64,000 bases of DNA from the NCBI GenBank assembly GCA_027038505.1, contig JALVWC010000013.1, positions 55,795 through 119,794 of the forward strand, written 5' to 3'. Every line of letters begins with the position of its first letter. Within the stretch, counting starts at the first letter, position 1. Shown one piece after another: positions 1-9,246 of the stretch. The notes beneath the pieces are model-generated. The model was not told the DNA's origin, made no database searches, and saw only the letters and a list, made by a program, of their open reading frames with translations. The stretch comes from Nanobdellati archaeon (GTDB lineage: Archaea; EX4484-52; WAPT01). A program made the position numbers and the translations under genes.

Positions 1-605
1 CCGGGGTTGAGGTAAGCAAGCTCTTTAAGTCTTGATTCAATAACGGACGTGTCAAACTTCGTATCATCGAATATTTCCGGATCGGGTTTGAACCTTATTT
101 GTGTTCCCGTCTCTTCCGTCTCTCCTACTACTTCAACCGGAGTTACGGGTTTGCCCCGCTGGTAGCGCTGCTTCCATATCTTTCCGTCCCTTTTCACCAC
201 GACCTCCATCCATTCGGAAAGAGCGTTGACAACGCTGACACCCACTCCATGCAGCCCGCCGGAGACCTTATACACCTTCCTGTCGAACTTGCCGCCAGCA
301 TGAAGCTTCGTCATCACAAGCTCGAGGGCTGAGATACCGTACTGAGGATGGGTATCAACCGGGATACCCCTGCCGTTATCCTCCACGCTCACCGAACCGT
401 CAGAATGGAGAGTTACAACTATTCTTGTGCAGTACCCCGCCAGCGCTTCATCAACGCTGTTATCCACCACCTCGTTGATAAGGTGGTGAAGACCGCGCTT
501 CCCCACACTACCGATATACATCGCGGGCCTCCTTCTTACGGCTTCCAGCCCCTCCAGAACCTTGATCGCTGAAGCGTCATAGCTTTCCTTCCTTTCCTCA
601 ACCAT
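1..605 (-). CDS. gyrB: DNA gyrase subunit B, N-terminal part (gene continues beyond window start)
   Basis: Reverse-strand translation from ATG at 605 reads [33 protein letters not shown]...[10 protein letters not shown]...EDNGRGIPV. This is the canonical GHKL ATPase N-terminus of GyrB. No stop before position 1. Confidence 0.85.
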   Translation of the reverse strand, partial: MVEERKESYDASAIKVLEGLEAVRRRPAMYIGSVGKRGLHHLINEVVDNSVDEALAGYCTRIVVTLHSDGSVSVEDNGRGIPVDTHPQYGISALELVMTKLHAGGKFDRKVYKVSGGLHGVGVSVVNALSEWMEVVVKRDGKIWKQRYQRGKPVTPVEVVGETEETGTQIRFKPDPEIFDDTKFDTSVIESRLKELAYLNP

Positions 606-735
606 GCTCAACCAGCCCCGCAGGCAGGATCCTTACAAGATTTAGAAAATCCGCGAGGAACATGCTTCATTGGGTAAGAAGCTTTTTATAGGTTTTGGGA
701 GATTTCGGCAAAGAACGAGGTTCTGCAAAGTTTTA

Positions 736-813
736 TGGTAGCGGGGGCAGGATTTGAACCTGCGACCTCCGGGTTATGAGCCCGGCGAGCACTCCAGGCT
801 GCTCTACCCCGCT
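736..813 (-). tRNA. initiator tRNA-Met (anticodon CAU), CCA encoded
   Basis: Reverse complement gives AGCGGGG-TA-GAGC...CCGGG-CUCAUAA-CCCGG...GCAGG-TTCAAAT-CCTGC-CCCCGCT-A-CCA. A1:U72 and the three G-C pairs in the anticodon stem are typical of archaeal initiator tRNA. Confidence 0.85.
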
Positions 814-974
814 GCGGGAAAAAGAGCGGATGCAGGTGAACATAATAAAAATAGAGGCAAGGTATTAAAAAATTTTCTGTTGTGTGATGAGAATTGTTAA
901 AAAATTCTGAATAATTAAACACAACCGCACGCTACCAAAATCTTTATAACCGGTTTTTGAACACATAATAAGTC

Positions 975-1625
975 ATGAGGTTGCTATCAAGACTCTTCAG
1001 CTCGATCAGAAGTTCTCTGGAGAACGAGGTTCTCAACGAACTTGTTGAACTCGCCAATCTGGGCACGAGCACATGCGTCCTTCTCATAAAAATGGTCAAG
1101 GATGATGATAGAAGTCTCGTGAGGAAAATCTCCAAGAACGAAATGCATGGAGACGAGGTAAGGAGGAATGTTGAAAGGCTTCTGTTTCAGGGGGCATTTC
1201 TCCCGCAATCGAGGCATCTCTTTTTCACTCTGGCGGAAAGAATGGATAATGTGATAGACAGGATTGAGGACTGCGCGAAAATTTATGAGGCAACGCAGCG
1301 CGTGGATGATAGCGTGAGGAATCACATTCTGGAAATTCTGGACATAACAAAGGACGCGTGTGATTGTTTCTGTGATGCGCTGCTCAGCTTTTTCAAGGGA
1401 GATGAGGTGAGAATGCAGGAAAAAATCACAAGGATCAATGAGCTCGAATCCAGAATAGATGACATCAAGCACGAAGTTTTCAAAAATCTCGTGAAAAGCG
1501 AGGATAACCTATTTTGGAGGGAGAAGTGCAAGGAAGATCTGATAGACACCGCTGAAGAAATAAGCGACAATCTGCAGGACGCTGCGGACATGCTGGGCGT
1601 GATAGCTGCTTCCATGAAAATTTGA
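975..1625 (+). CDS. DUF47 / PhoU-like (PhoU_div) phosphate-transport accessory protein
   Basis: 216 aa helical protein. The motif LFQGAFLPQSR...DNVIDRIEDCAKIY resembles the PF01865 signature (LPKGLFLP.DR). It sits immediately upstream of a PiT-family permease, the common DUF47-PiT pairing. Confidence 0.6.
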   Translation: MRLLSRLFSSIRSSLENEVLNELVELANLGTSTCVLLIKMVKDDDRSLVRKISKNEMHGDEVRRNVERLLFQGAFLPQSRHLFFTLAERMDNVIDRIEDCAKIYEATQRVDDSVRNHILEILDITKDACDCFCDALLSFFKGDEVRMQEKITRINELESRIDDIKHEVFKNLVKSEDNLFWREKCKEDLIDTAEEISDNLQDAADMLGVIAASMKI

Positions 1626-1638
1626 GAGGTGGTAAGCG

Positions 1639-2565
1639 TTGCATACGAACTTTGAACTTATGGCACTGCTTCTGCCACTCGCGACTGTATGTACCATCAA
1701 TGTCCCGCTCCTCGTCATTATGCCTGTCAGATCTGAAGTTCTCGACAAGAAAAGTTCAACAATTCTTCTCGTGAGTTTTGTGCTTGCAGGCTTCTATTTT
1801 TTCGGGAGGAAGGTTGTTACCACAGTCTCCGGCGGCATAGCTCAGATGAACACTTATTACTTTATTCTTGCAAGCATGCTCACATTTTTCATTATGTTCC
1901 TGCTCAGTCTGAGGGATGTGCCGTCCTCGGTTCAGCAGATCATGGTAATGTGTATAGCGGGAATAGCGCTGGGTGAGGGTGTGAATCTATACCTCGATAG
2001 ATTGGCAGAGGTCGTGCTTTCATGGATCATGAGCATGATTGCAGCGGTTCTCATTTCCTTTGCTGTAGCGCAGCCGGTGCGCAGCTTCCTGAACACCCTT
2101 CCTCCTGTAAAAAGAGAGTCCGTTTTGAGGCTGATGATGGTCCTCTCGCTAACTCTTCTCGCAACCGCTTACGGTTCAAGTACGGTTGCCACATCGCTTG
2201 CTCCCCTGTCCGAATTTGTGAGCAGCAGAACCGCGCTTTTGGAGGTGACAGCGATCTTTGTGATTTTCGGTGTTATTGCGAGATACTGGATGCTCTACGC
2301 GATACCACCAAAGCTGCTTGAGAACCTGGATGTGAGCATGGTGATGGTTGCGCAAACCAGTGCCGCTCTGTCCGTGTTGCTTTTCTCATCTCTGGGCATG
2401 CCGGTCAGCATAAATCACGCCATCTTTGCATCACTGCTCGGAATGAGCTACGTCAAAAACATCAAAATTCTGGAAAGAAAGATCGTTCACAACTTTGTCA
2501 GGAATGTCGTGCTTGTACCGCTTTTATCTTTCCTTGTGGGATTTTTTGTGGCGCTGATTCTGTAA
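1639..2565 (+). CDS. inorganic phosphate (PiT family) permease
   Basis: 308 aa polytopic membrane protein. The C-terminal repeat GMPVSINHAIFASLLGMSY matches the PiT G.PVSTTH..GA..G.G signature. It is paired with the DUF47 gene. Confidence 0.55.
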   Translation: MHTNFELMALLLPLATVCTINVPLLVIMPVRSEVLDKKSSTILLVSFVLAGFYFFGRKVVTTVSGGIAQMNTYYFILASMLTFFIMFLLSLRDVPSSVQQIMVMCIAGIALGEGVNLYLDRLAEVVLSWIMSMIAAVLISFAVAQPVRSFLNTLPPVKRESVLRLMMVLSLTLLATAYGSSTVATSLAPLSEFVSSRTALLEVTAIFVIFGVIARYWMLYAIPPKLLENLDVSMVMVAQTSAALSVLLFSSLGMPVSINHAIFASLLGMSYVKNIKILERKIVHNFVRNVVLVPLLSFLVGFFVALIL

Positions 2566-2601
2566 AAAACTTTATTAAGAGTTTAAACTTAATAAAACGC
2601 C

Positions 2602-2829
2602 ATGCAGCTCGGGGATGTCGGACGGATCAGAGAGGGGAGATACATACTGTTCTGGGTGCTCGGAGCCTTGCTCATGCTCGCGGGAAGCTGGATAGCGGGA
2701 CATCTGGAATGGACTGTGGGCACCACGAAGGCCGGATATTACGGGGCATTGATAATCGCTTTTCTGATGTTCCTTGTGGCGGGCCTTTGCTGGATCGGTG
2801 TGGCCGTGGGTGCGAGCAGGTATGTGTAA
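2602..2829 (+). CDS. small membrane protein (2 TM helices), hypothetical
   Basis: 75 aa with two hydrophobic helices. Its stop codon overlaps the ATG of the downstream HD gene (ATGTGTAA), which suggests translational coupling. Confidence 0.35.
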   Translation: MQLGDVGRIREGRYILFWVLGALLMLAGSWIAGHLEWTVGTTKAGYYGALIIAFLMFLVAGLCWIGVAVGASRYV

Positions 2830-3478
2830 CGACTGGTTTGAGAACCTTCTGAGGAACGTTGAGCTCAAGCCGGAAGAAGTGGAGCTCATCCTCATGCTTG
2901 AGGAGAGTGTGAGGAAGACCCTCAGCAAAGCTGAGAAGCAGTCCGCTGCACATAAACTGGATCATCTGCTTCGTGTTACAAAGAACGCGCTGGAAATAGC
3001 GAAAAGAGAGTCTATTGATGTGGATTACCTCGTTCTCATTTCTGCATGCCTGCTCCACGATGTTGACTCGCCATACGATAGAAAAAGAGAGCATGTTGAG
3101 CTTTCAGCAAGGAAAGCTGAGAAAATCATGAACGAGCTCAAATTCCCGAAAGAGAAGGTGGAGAAGGTTCTTAAAGTCATACGACAGCACTCGACTGAAA
3201 CTCCGGTAGAGATAACGGAAAATGAAGCAAAGGTTCTCTTCGATGCCGACAAGCTGGACGGTGTTGGCGCCATAGGCATAGCCAGGGTGTTTATGAGCGC
3301 GGGGCAAAGGAGTATGAGTATTAAGGAAGCGATAGAATGGTACAAAAAGAAGATGGAAATAGCCGAAAACATGCTACAAACAGAAACCGGAAAGAAAATG
3401 ATAAAAGAAAAGATGGATACGGTTCTCAACTTTCTGGACAGACTGGAGAGAGAGCTAAGCAAATATCATCAGGCTTAA
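2822..3478 (+). CDS. HD-domain metal-dependent phosphohydrolase
   Basis: Carries the LLHDVD...D H-D motif of the HD superfamily. I chose the ATG at 2822, which overlaps the upstream stop. The track ORF starts at 2774. Confidence 0.65.
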   Translation: MCNDWFENLLRNVELKPEEVELILMLEESVRKTLSKAEKQSAAHKLDHLLRVTKNALEIAKRESIDVDYLVLISACLLHDVDSPYDRKREHVELSARKAEKIMNELKFPKEKVEKVLKVIRQHSTETPVEITENEAKVLFDADKLDGVGAIGIARVFMSAGQRSMSIKEAIEWYKKKMEIAENMLQTETGKKMIKEKMDTVLNFLDRLERELSKYHQA

Positions 3479-3535
3479 CAAGCCCGGCATGCTGAACGGA
3501 TAAGTTAAGAAAAAAGAGAACAAATGAAGAATATG

Positions 3536-4195
3536 TTACCCTTTCCCCACCGGCTCCAGTTCCACCAACCGGATATCCTGATCCAGCATTGATCTCAGCC
3601 TGTTCACATCCCCCGGCAGGTCTATGTCTCTCCATTTACCGTAGTGCATTGGGACAACATATTTTGGCCTTATTAAGTTTGCTGCCCTTGCTGCCTGCTC
3701 CTCATCCATAACATATGTACCGCCGATTGGCAGCAAAGCAACATCAATGTTCTCGCCTGCCAGACTTTCCATTTCGGGAATGAATTCTGTGTCTCCGGGG
3801 TGATATATTTTCACGCTGCCAACCTGAAAGACGAAACCCACATAGCCCTTTTCCTTCGGGTGAAACGGCTTTTCGGGGTTGTAAGCAGGCACAACTTTTA
3901 TTCTGACACCTTTAACTTCCACCTCATCACCGGGCTTCACGGTAACGCTGTTTTCATACCCCTTCGTTACGCTTTCGGGTCCCACCACCACCGTGTCCTC
4001 CTTGCTTATCTTCCTTATGTTTTCATCGTCCTTGTGGTCAAAGTGATCGTGGCTGACGAGCACGATATCCGCTTTTGGTGGATCATCATCCAGAATGTAA
4101 GGGTCAAGATAAATAATAACATCCTTACCCGTTACCCTGAAAGAAGCGTGACCGAGCCACTCTATTTTTACATCTTCGATTTCAAGCCCCTTCAT
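3536..4195 (-). CDS. metallo-beta-lactamase fold hydrolase (UPF0173-like)
   Basis: 219 aa. The VLVSHDHFDHKD motif is the H.H.DH zinc ligand set of the MBL fold. Confidence 0.7.
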   Translation of the reverse strand: MKGLEIEDVKIEWLGHASFRVTGKDVIIYLDPYILDDDPPKADIVLVSHDHFDHKDDENIRKISKEDTVVVGPESVTKGYENSVTVKPGDEVEVKGVRIKVVPAYNPEKPFHPKEKGYVGFVFQVGSVKIYHPGDTEFIPEMESLAGENIDVALLPIGGTYVMDEEQAARAANLIRPKYVVPMHYGKWRDIDLPGDVNRLRSMLDQDIRLVELEPVGKG

Positions 4196-4314
4196 ACTTG
4201 GATATTGGAAACTGAAATGATAAAAAGTTTTTCATGAGGAGAAGGTAAGGTCCTAATGAAAATGTGAAAACGTAGTATTGGTCATACATCTGAGTGAACC
4301 TCAAAAACCGCACA

Positions 4315-4959
4315 TCAATTTTCTTCATCGACAATCATGCTGAAAATCGCTGAAAATTCGTCTGAAAGAAAACGGGTCACCGCCAGTATTCCTTTCTCGC
4401 TTGTTCTCCGTGTTTGTGCCGAGGTCAGAATGATTAAATCGCCTTTTTTCACATCAAACTCCTCTCTGAGCTCGTCAAAGTTCCATTTTCTGACATACGG
4501 CACTTTAATGTGCTTGTGCGTGCAGATCAGAATCATGGCCGACTCACAACCCATCCTTATAGCGTGGTCTCTCGCTTTGTACAGCGTCCTTACTCTCTCC
4601 TTAACGTAATTCTCAAGGACACCACCGTAAGGCACAAAACCGTCCTTGAACACATCAAATTGCACTCTCTTCGGAATGGTGAGGATTGCCTTGATTTTTT
4701 GAAACAGCACCTTTCCCTTCGGAGTTAGAGCATTTCCACGCTTTCTTTTAACAACCAACCCCTTGCTCACGAGGTGCTCCAAAATCGTTCTCACGCTCCC
4801 CTCTCCAAGTTCCGCAAGAGCAGCAAGACTCCCGCGATCCACAACCTCATTCTTTCCGATCAGCAAAAAGACCCGTAGGATATCAAGAGTATCAAACTTC
4901 TTCTGGGTCCTTGCTTTGCTTATTTTGGTTTGGTTATTGGAGCTGTGTCCCTTCACCAA
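4315..4959 (-). CDS. winged-helix transcriptional regulator with C-terminal domain of unknown function
   Basis: The N-terminal segment LAALAELGEGSVRTILEHLVSKGLVVKRKRG is a wHTH. It is divergently transcribed from nrdD and shares the intergenic region that holds a long palindrome. Confidence 0.5.
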   Translation of the reverse strand: MVKGHSSNNQTKISKARTQKKFDTLDILRVFLLIGKNEVVDRGSLAALAELGEGSVRTILEHLVSKGLVVKRKRGNALTPKGKVLFQKIKAILTIPKRVQFDVFKDGFVPYGGVLENYVKERVRTLYKARDHAIRMGCESAMILICTHKHIKVPYVRKWNFDELREEFDVKKGDLIILTSAQTRRTSEKGILAVTRFLSDEFSAIFSMIVDEEN

Positions 4960-4996
4960 ATTTATAAGCTTTCGTTATCTTTATATCTTTACACAT

Positions 4997-5029
4997 CCTC
5001 CATTGGATACGGTATCCAATAGATGGAGG
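4997..5029. promoter_or_regulatory. 33-bp near-perfect inverted repeat (candidate operator) in the nrdD promoter/5'UTR, overlapping the RBS
   Basis: Sequence is CCTCCATTGGATAC-G-GTATCCAAT(AGA)TGGAGG. The core ATTGGATAC G GTATCCAAT is a perfect 9+1+9 palindrome. TATA-like boxes TTTATAAG (4961-4968) and TTTATATC (4980-4987) lie upstream. The GGAGGTG RBS for the ATG at 5044 lies inside the right arm. Confidence 0.6.
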
Positions 5030-5043
5030 TGGGAGGTGTTGGT

Positions 5044-7176
5044 ATGAAGATAACGAAAATAAGAAAAAGAGACGGCAGGGTTGTGGATTTCGACAAGAGC
5101 AAAATTGCGAACGCAATATTCAAAGCCGCCAGGGCTGTTGGAGGTAGTGATTACGAGCTTGCCGAGAAACTCGCTGACAAAGTCGTGGAATATCTCGAAA
5201 AGACTCTCGATGCTGAGATACCTACCGTTGAGCAGGTGCAGGATGCCGTGGAAAAGATCCTTGTCGAGGATGGTCATTACAGAACCGCGAAGGCGTACAT
5301 ACTGTACCGCAAACAGCATGAAGAATTGAGGAAGTTCACGGATCTTTTTACCAACACCGAGATCGTTGAGAATTACATAAATCAGAGCGACTGGCGCGTA
5401 AAGGAAAACTCGAATATGACCTATTCCCTTCAGGGTCTCAACTTCCACATATCCTCCATAGTTGTCTCTCAGTACTGGCTAACCAAAGTTTATCCAAAGG
5501 AAATAAGGAACGCTCACATTGATGGAGATTTCCACATACACGATCTCGGCTTCCTCGGCCCTTATTGCGTGGGGTGGGATCTTCAGGATCTCCTCCTGAG
5601 CGGGTTTAAGGGTGTGAGAGGAAAGGTGGAGAGCAAACCCGCGAAACACTTCAGATCCGTGCTCGGACAGATCGTAAACTTCTTCTACACGCTTCAGGGA
5701 GAGGCTGCCGGAGCACAGGCGCTTTCAAATTTTGACACGTTGCTTGCGCCGTTCATCCATTATGACGGACTGGACGAGAAGGCCGTGAAGCAGGCATTGC
5801 AGGAATTTGTGTTCAACATAAACATACCGACAAGGGTGGGTTTCCAGACGCCTTTCACCAACATTACTCTTGATCTCAGGGTTCCGGAGTTTCTGAAGGA
5901 TCAGCCCGTGATAATAGGAGGTAAGCCCCAAGACAAGTGTTACGGGGATTTCCAGGAAGAGATGAATATGTTCAACAAGGCGTTTGCTGAGGTCATGATG
6001 GAAGGTGATGCCAAGGGCAGACCCTTTACATTCCCCATACCCACATACAACATAACCGATAACTTTGATTGGGAGAGCGAGGTTCTTGACCCCGTGTGGG
6101 AGATGACCGCAAGATACGGCATACCTTATTTTGCCAATTTTATAAACTCAGATATGAATCCCGAGGACATCAGAAGCATGTGCTGCAGGTTAAGGCTGGA
6201 CACCAGGGATCTCAAGAAGAGGGGAGGCGGACTTTTCGGTGCAAACCCACTCACAGGATCGATAGGTGTCGTTACGATAAACATGCCGAGGCTGGGTTAT
6301 GTTTCCAAAGATGATGACGAGTTTTTCGAGAGGCTCTCCCATCTACTTGAGCTGGCTAAAAACTCCCTGGAAATAAAGAGAAAACTGATCGAAAGGCTCA
6401 CCGAGCGCGGTCTTTATCCGTATTCCAGGTACTACCTCAGGAACGTGCATGCGAGGTTTGGAGAGTACTGGAAAAATCACTTCTCCACGATAGGCATAAT
6501 AGGAATGAATGAGTGCTGCCTGAATTTCCTCGGCGCGGACATAGGAACCAAAGAAGGCGTTGAATTTGCAGAGAAGGTTCTGGACTTCGTAAGGGAGAGG
6601 ATACTTGAATTTCAGGAAGAGACTGGGAACTTCTACAACCTCGAGGCCACTCCGGGAGAGGGTACATCATACAGGCTTGCGAAACTGGATAAGAAAAAGT
6701 ATCCCGATATCGTGGTGGCGAACGAAGAGGCTGTGAGAGAGAAAAAATCCGAGCCGTATTACACCAACTCGAGCCAGCTTCCCGTGAACTATTCCGATGA
6801 TCTCTTCCTGTGCCTGAAGTTGCAGGACAATCTTCAGTGTAAGTACACAGGTGGTACTGTTTTCCACATATTCCTCGGAGAGAGCAATCCGCCAAAGGAT
6901 GCTGTTAAAAACCTCGTCAAAAAAGTGTTCATGAACTTCAGAATGCCCTATATAACGATCACACCCACATTCAGCATCTGTCCAGTGCACGGCTATCTGA
7001 AAGGCAAACAACATACATGTCCAAAGTGTGCTGCCGAGGGCAAGAAAACGAGCTGCGAGGTTTACTCCAGAGTGGTGGGATACATAAGGCCTGTGGAGCA
7101 GTGGAATGACGGAAAGAGAGCAGAGTTCGAGGACAGGGCCACATTTGACACATCTTTTAAGGTTGTTGGCGCATGA
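5044..7176 (+). CDS. nrdD: anaerobic ribonucleoside-triphosphate reductase (class III), with N-terminal ATP-cone
   Basis: ATP-cone MKITKIRKRDGRVVDFDKSKI. C-terminal zinc ribbon CPVHGYL...CPKC. Glycyl-radical motif SRVVGYIRP. The track start at 5023 is probably 7 codons too early. The ATG at 5044 has a GGAGGTG RBS. Confidence 0.9.
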   Translation: MKITKIRKRDGRVVDFDKSKIANAIFKAARAVGGSDYELAEKLADKVVEYLEKTLDAEIPTVEQVQDAVEKILVEDGHYRTAKAYILYRKQHEELRKFTDLFTNTEIVENYINQSDWRVKENSNMTYSLQGLNFHISSIVVSQYWLTKVYPKEIRNAHIDGDFHIHDLGFLGPYCVGWDLQDLLLSGFKGVRGKVESKPAKHFRSVLGQIVNFFYTLQGEAAGAQALSNFDTLLAPFIHYDGLDEKAVKQALQEFVFNINIPTRVGFQTPFTNITLDLRVPEFLKDQPVIIGGKPQDKCYGDFQEEMNMFNKAFAEVMMEGDAKGRPFTFPIPTYNITDNFDWESEVLDPVWEMTARYGIPYFANFINSDMNPEDIRSMCCRLRLDTRDLKKRGGGLFGANPLTGSIGVVTINMPRLGYVSKDDDEFFERLSHLLELAKNSLEIKRKLIERLTERGLYPYSRYYLRNVHARFGEYWKNHFSTIGIIGMNECCLNFLGADIGTKEGVEFAEKVLDFVRERILEFQEETGNFYNLEATPGEGTSYRLAKLDKKKYPDIVVANEEAVREKKSEPYYTNSSQLPVNYSDDLFLCLKLQDNLQCKYTGGTVFHIFLGESNPPKDAVKNLVKKVFMNFRMPYITITPTFSICPVHGYLKGKQHTCPKCAAEGKKTSCEVYSRVVGYIRPVEQWNDGKRAEFEDRATFDTSFKVVGA

Positions 7177-7883
7177 TAGAGATAGGGGGATTTCAGAAAC
7201 TCACACTCATAGACTTTCCCGGGAAAATAGCATCAGCGGTGTTCCTTCAGGGATGCAATTTGAATTGCGTTTACTGCCATAACCGGCATTTGATCCCTCT
7301 TAAAAGGGGAAACATGAATGTTCAGGATATTCTGGAATACTTAGAAGGTGCGAGAGCGTTTCTGGACGGGGTGGTAATCTCCGGCGGTGAGCCCACGATC
7401 CAGAAAGGACTGTTGCTTTTTGCGCAGGAACTGAAAAGAATTGGGTATGCGGTGAAAATAGACACCAACGGCACAAATCCAGAGATGCTGGAACTCCTTT
7501 TGAGCAAGGGACTCGTGGATTTCGTGGCGATGGACGTTAAGGCTCCGCTCACTCCCGAAAAGTACTCCGGGGTGTGCGGCCACAGGGTGGATGAGGAATT
7601 CGTGGAAAAAATAAGAAAAAGCGTGGAAATCATAACAAACTACGGTGTGGATCACGAATTCAGAACAACAGTGGTTGAGGAACTGCTAACACCCGCGGAC
7701 ATTATCGAGATAGCACGATCTTTACCGCCCCGATCAAATTATGTTCTGCAGCAGTTCGTACCTCCAGAGATGTGCGCGGTTGCCAACAAACTGAACAAAC
7801 CCGCTGACAGGAAATTGCTCATTAAACTGAAAGAGGAGTGCGAAAAAATTCTCACGAATGTGCGTGTGAGGCTCTATGTTTAA
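7173..7883 (+). CDS. nrdG: anaerobic RNR activating protein (radical SAM)
   Basis: CNLNCVYCHN radical-SAM cysteine triad. Start overlaps the nrdD stop (ATGA). Confidence 0.9.
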   Translation: MIEIGGFQKLTLIDFPGKIASAVFLQGCNLNCVYCHNRHLIPLKRGNMNVQDILEYLEGARAFLDGVVISGGEPTIQKGLLLFAQELKRIGYAVKIDTNGTNPEMLELLLSKGLVDFVAMDVKAPLTPEKYSGVCGHRVDEEFVEKIRKSVEIITNYGVDHEFRTTVVEELLTPADIIEIARSLPPRSNYVLQQFVPPEMCAVANKLNKPADRKLLIKLKEECEKILTNVRVRLYV

Positions 7884-7893
7884 GAGGTATGCC

Positions 7894-7914
7894 TTTTTCT
7901 TGTTTTTGTTTTTC
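7894..7914 (+). terminator. oligo-T tract, archaeal-type terminator after nrdG
   Basis: CCTTTTTCTTGTTTTTGTTTTTC lies immediately 3' of the nrdG stop. Confidence 0.5.
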
Positions 7915-8014
7915 AGAACTCTGGAAGCTTTTTCTTGCTATTTTCTTGCCATTTCCTCCTCCCAACAATCCGGACCGAAAGCGGTAAAAATCTGCACAAC
8001 CAGATAATTTATTT

Positions 8015-8869
8015 ATGGAGAGAATTTTGAAGAACATTCCCGTCATAAAAGTTAAGGACTGGGCCGGAGAGAGGCTCGAAAAGTACAGGGGGGTTAAGAA
8101 AGCCGGAGAATCCTGGGAGGTCTCCGCTCATCCGAAAGGCATCAGCAGGGTTCTTGTAAGCGGAAGTGAAAAGCTCCTCACGGAGCTTCTGAAAGAAAGA
8201 GGGAATGATATCCTCGAGGGCTTCGGGGAGTTCCCCATCATGGTGAAGCTGCTCGATGTCGGGAGGATGCTCAGCGTTCAGGTTCATCCATCAGACGATG
8301 ATGCCAAGCTCCTCGGAGAGAAAGATAGAGGTAAGGCGGAATGCTGGATTGCTCTCAGCCGCGGTACGGTTTATCTCGGACTGAAAGATGATGACGCTGA
8401 TTTCTCCCCTTCCAGCCTCAATAGGATCGAGGCTGAGATTTTCGATGCGTTTCCAATACCTCCCGGACTCGTCCATACAGCCGAGAACATATTCCTGCTG
8501 GAGGTATCAACACCCTCAGACCTGACCTACAGGCTTTACGATCCCTACGGAAGGGAAACGCACACGGAAAAAGGAATGAAATGCATAAGGAAGCTGGAGG
8601 TCAGGAGGACAAGAATGAGGTTGGAGATGGAGGAGTTCGGTGTGGAGATGCTGACGGTTGAGCAGGGGAAGGGTCTCGCTTTCACCGATGATGTTTTCAA
8701 TGTGCTTGTTTCTACTGACAGCGCCCTTAAAGTTGTTGACGCCGAGACGGAACAGGCCCTCATCCTTGGAGAGTATGAGAGCTGCTTGGTGATGCCGCAC
8801 ACAAAGTATGAGGTGGTTGGCAGCGGTTATTTTGCGAGGATCTATCCGAAAAAGAAAAAGAAAGGGTAA
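8015..8869 (+). CDS. manA: mannose-6-phosphate isomerase, class I (cupin)
   Basis: WEVSAHPKG...IMVKLLDVGRMLSVQVHPSD matches the type I PMI signature (QVHPD). Confidence 0.7.
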   Translation: MERILKNIPVIKVKDWAGERLEKYRGVKKAGESWEVSAHPKGISRVLVSGSEKLLTELLKERGNDILEGFGEFPIMVKLLDVGRMLSVQVHPSDDDAKLLGEKDRGKAECWIALSRGTVYLGLKDDDADFSPSSLNRIEAEIFDAFPIPPGLVHTAENIFLLEVSTPSDLTYRLYDPYGRETHTEKGMKCIRKLEVRRTRMRLEMEEFGVEMLTVEQGKGLAFTDDVFNVLVSTDSALKVVDAETEQALILGEYESCLVMPHTKYEVVGSGYFARIYPKKKKKG

Positions 8870-9062
8870 GATGATCGCTTTGATTTTGATTATCACTGTG
8901 ACTGGTTATGAGTACTCCACCTGAATCTTGCACTCCGGCAATGCGAATTAGATAAGGGTGAGGCTTTTTTTCTTGCACAAATTGCGAAAAGCTCGCTGAA
9001 AGTTGAGATGCTCGAGGGAACGTTAGAAGGAAGGTTAGATACTGCGCCTAACTTAAAGGTTT

Positions 9063-9138
9063 TGGTAGCCCCGCCAGGATTCGAACCTGGGTCTGGGGGT
9101 CCAGAGCCCCCCATGCTTGGCCGCTACACCACGGGGCT
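9063..9138 (-). tRNA. tRNA-Gln (anticodon CUG), CCA encoded
   Basis: Reverse complement AGCCCCG-TG-GTGT...GGGGG-CUCUGGA-CCCCC-AGAC-CCAGG-TTCGAAT-CCTGG-CGGGGCT-A-CCA. Confidence 0.85.
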
Positions 9139-9246
9139 GCCGAGAATGAAATCAGAAAAGCTCTGTTCAATCGCAAACAATACCAAAAATAAAATCCCAT
9201 GAAGTTTTTAAATATTTTTCTCGCTACCTTTTCCATGTGATGTCTC

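Noticed and set aside
99-572. Two + strand ORFs (99..332, 348..572)
   Set aside because: They are antisense to the strongly supported gyrB N-terminus.
686-922. 78-aa ORF on the minus strand
   Set aside because: It overlaps the initiator tRNA-Met gene (736..813) in the same orientation. tRNA evidence is far stronger.
8870-8930. Possible C/D box sRNA after manA (GATGATCG ... CTGTGA ... TATGAGT ... CCTGA)
   Set aside because: Neither C (RUGAUGA) nor D' (CUGA) boxes match consensus. Spacing alone is not enough.
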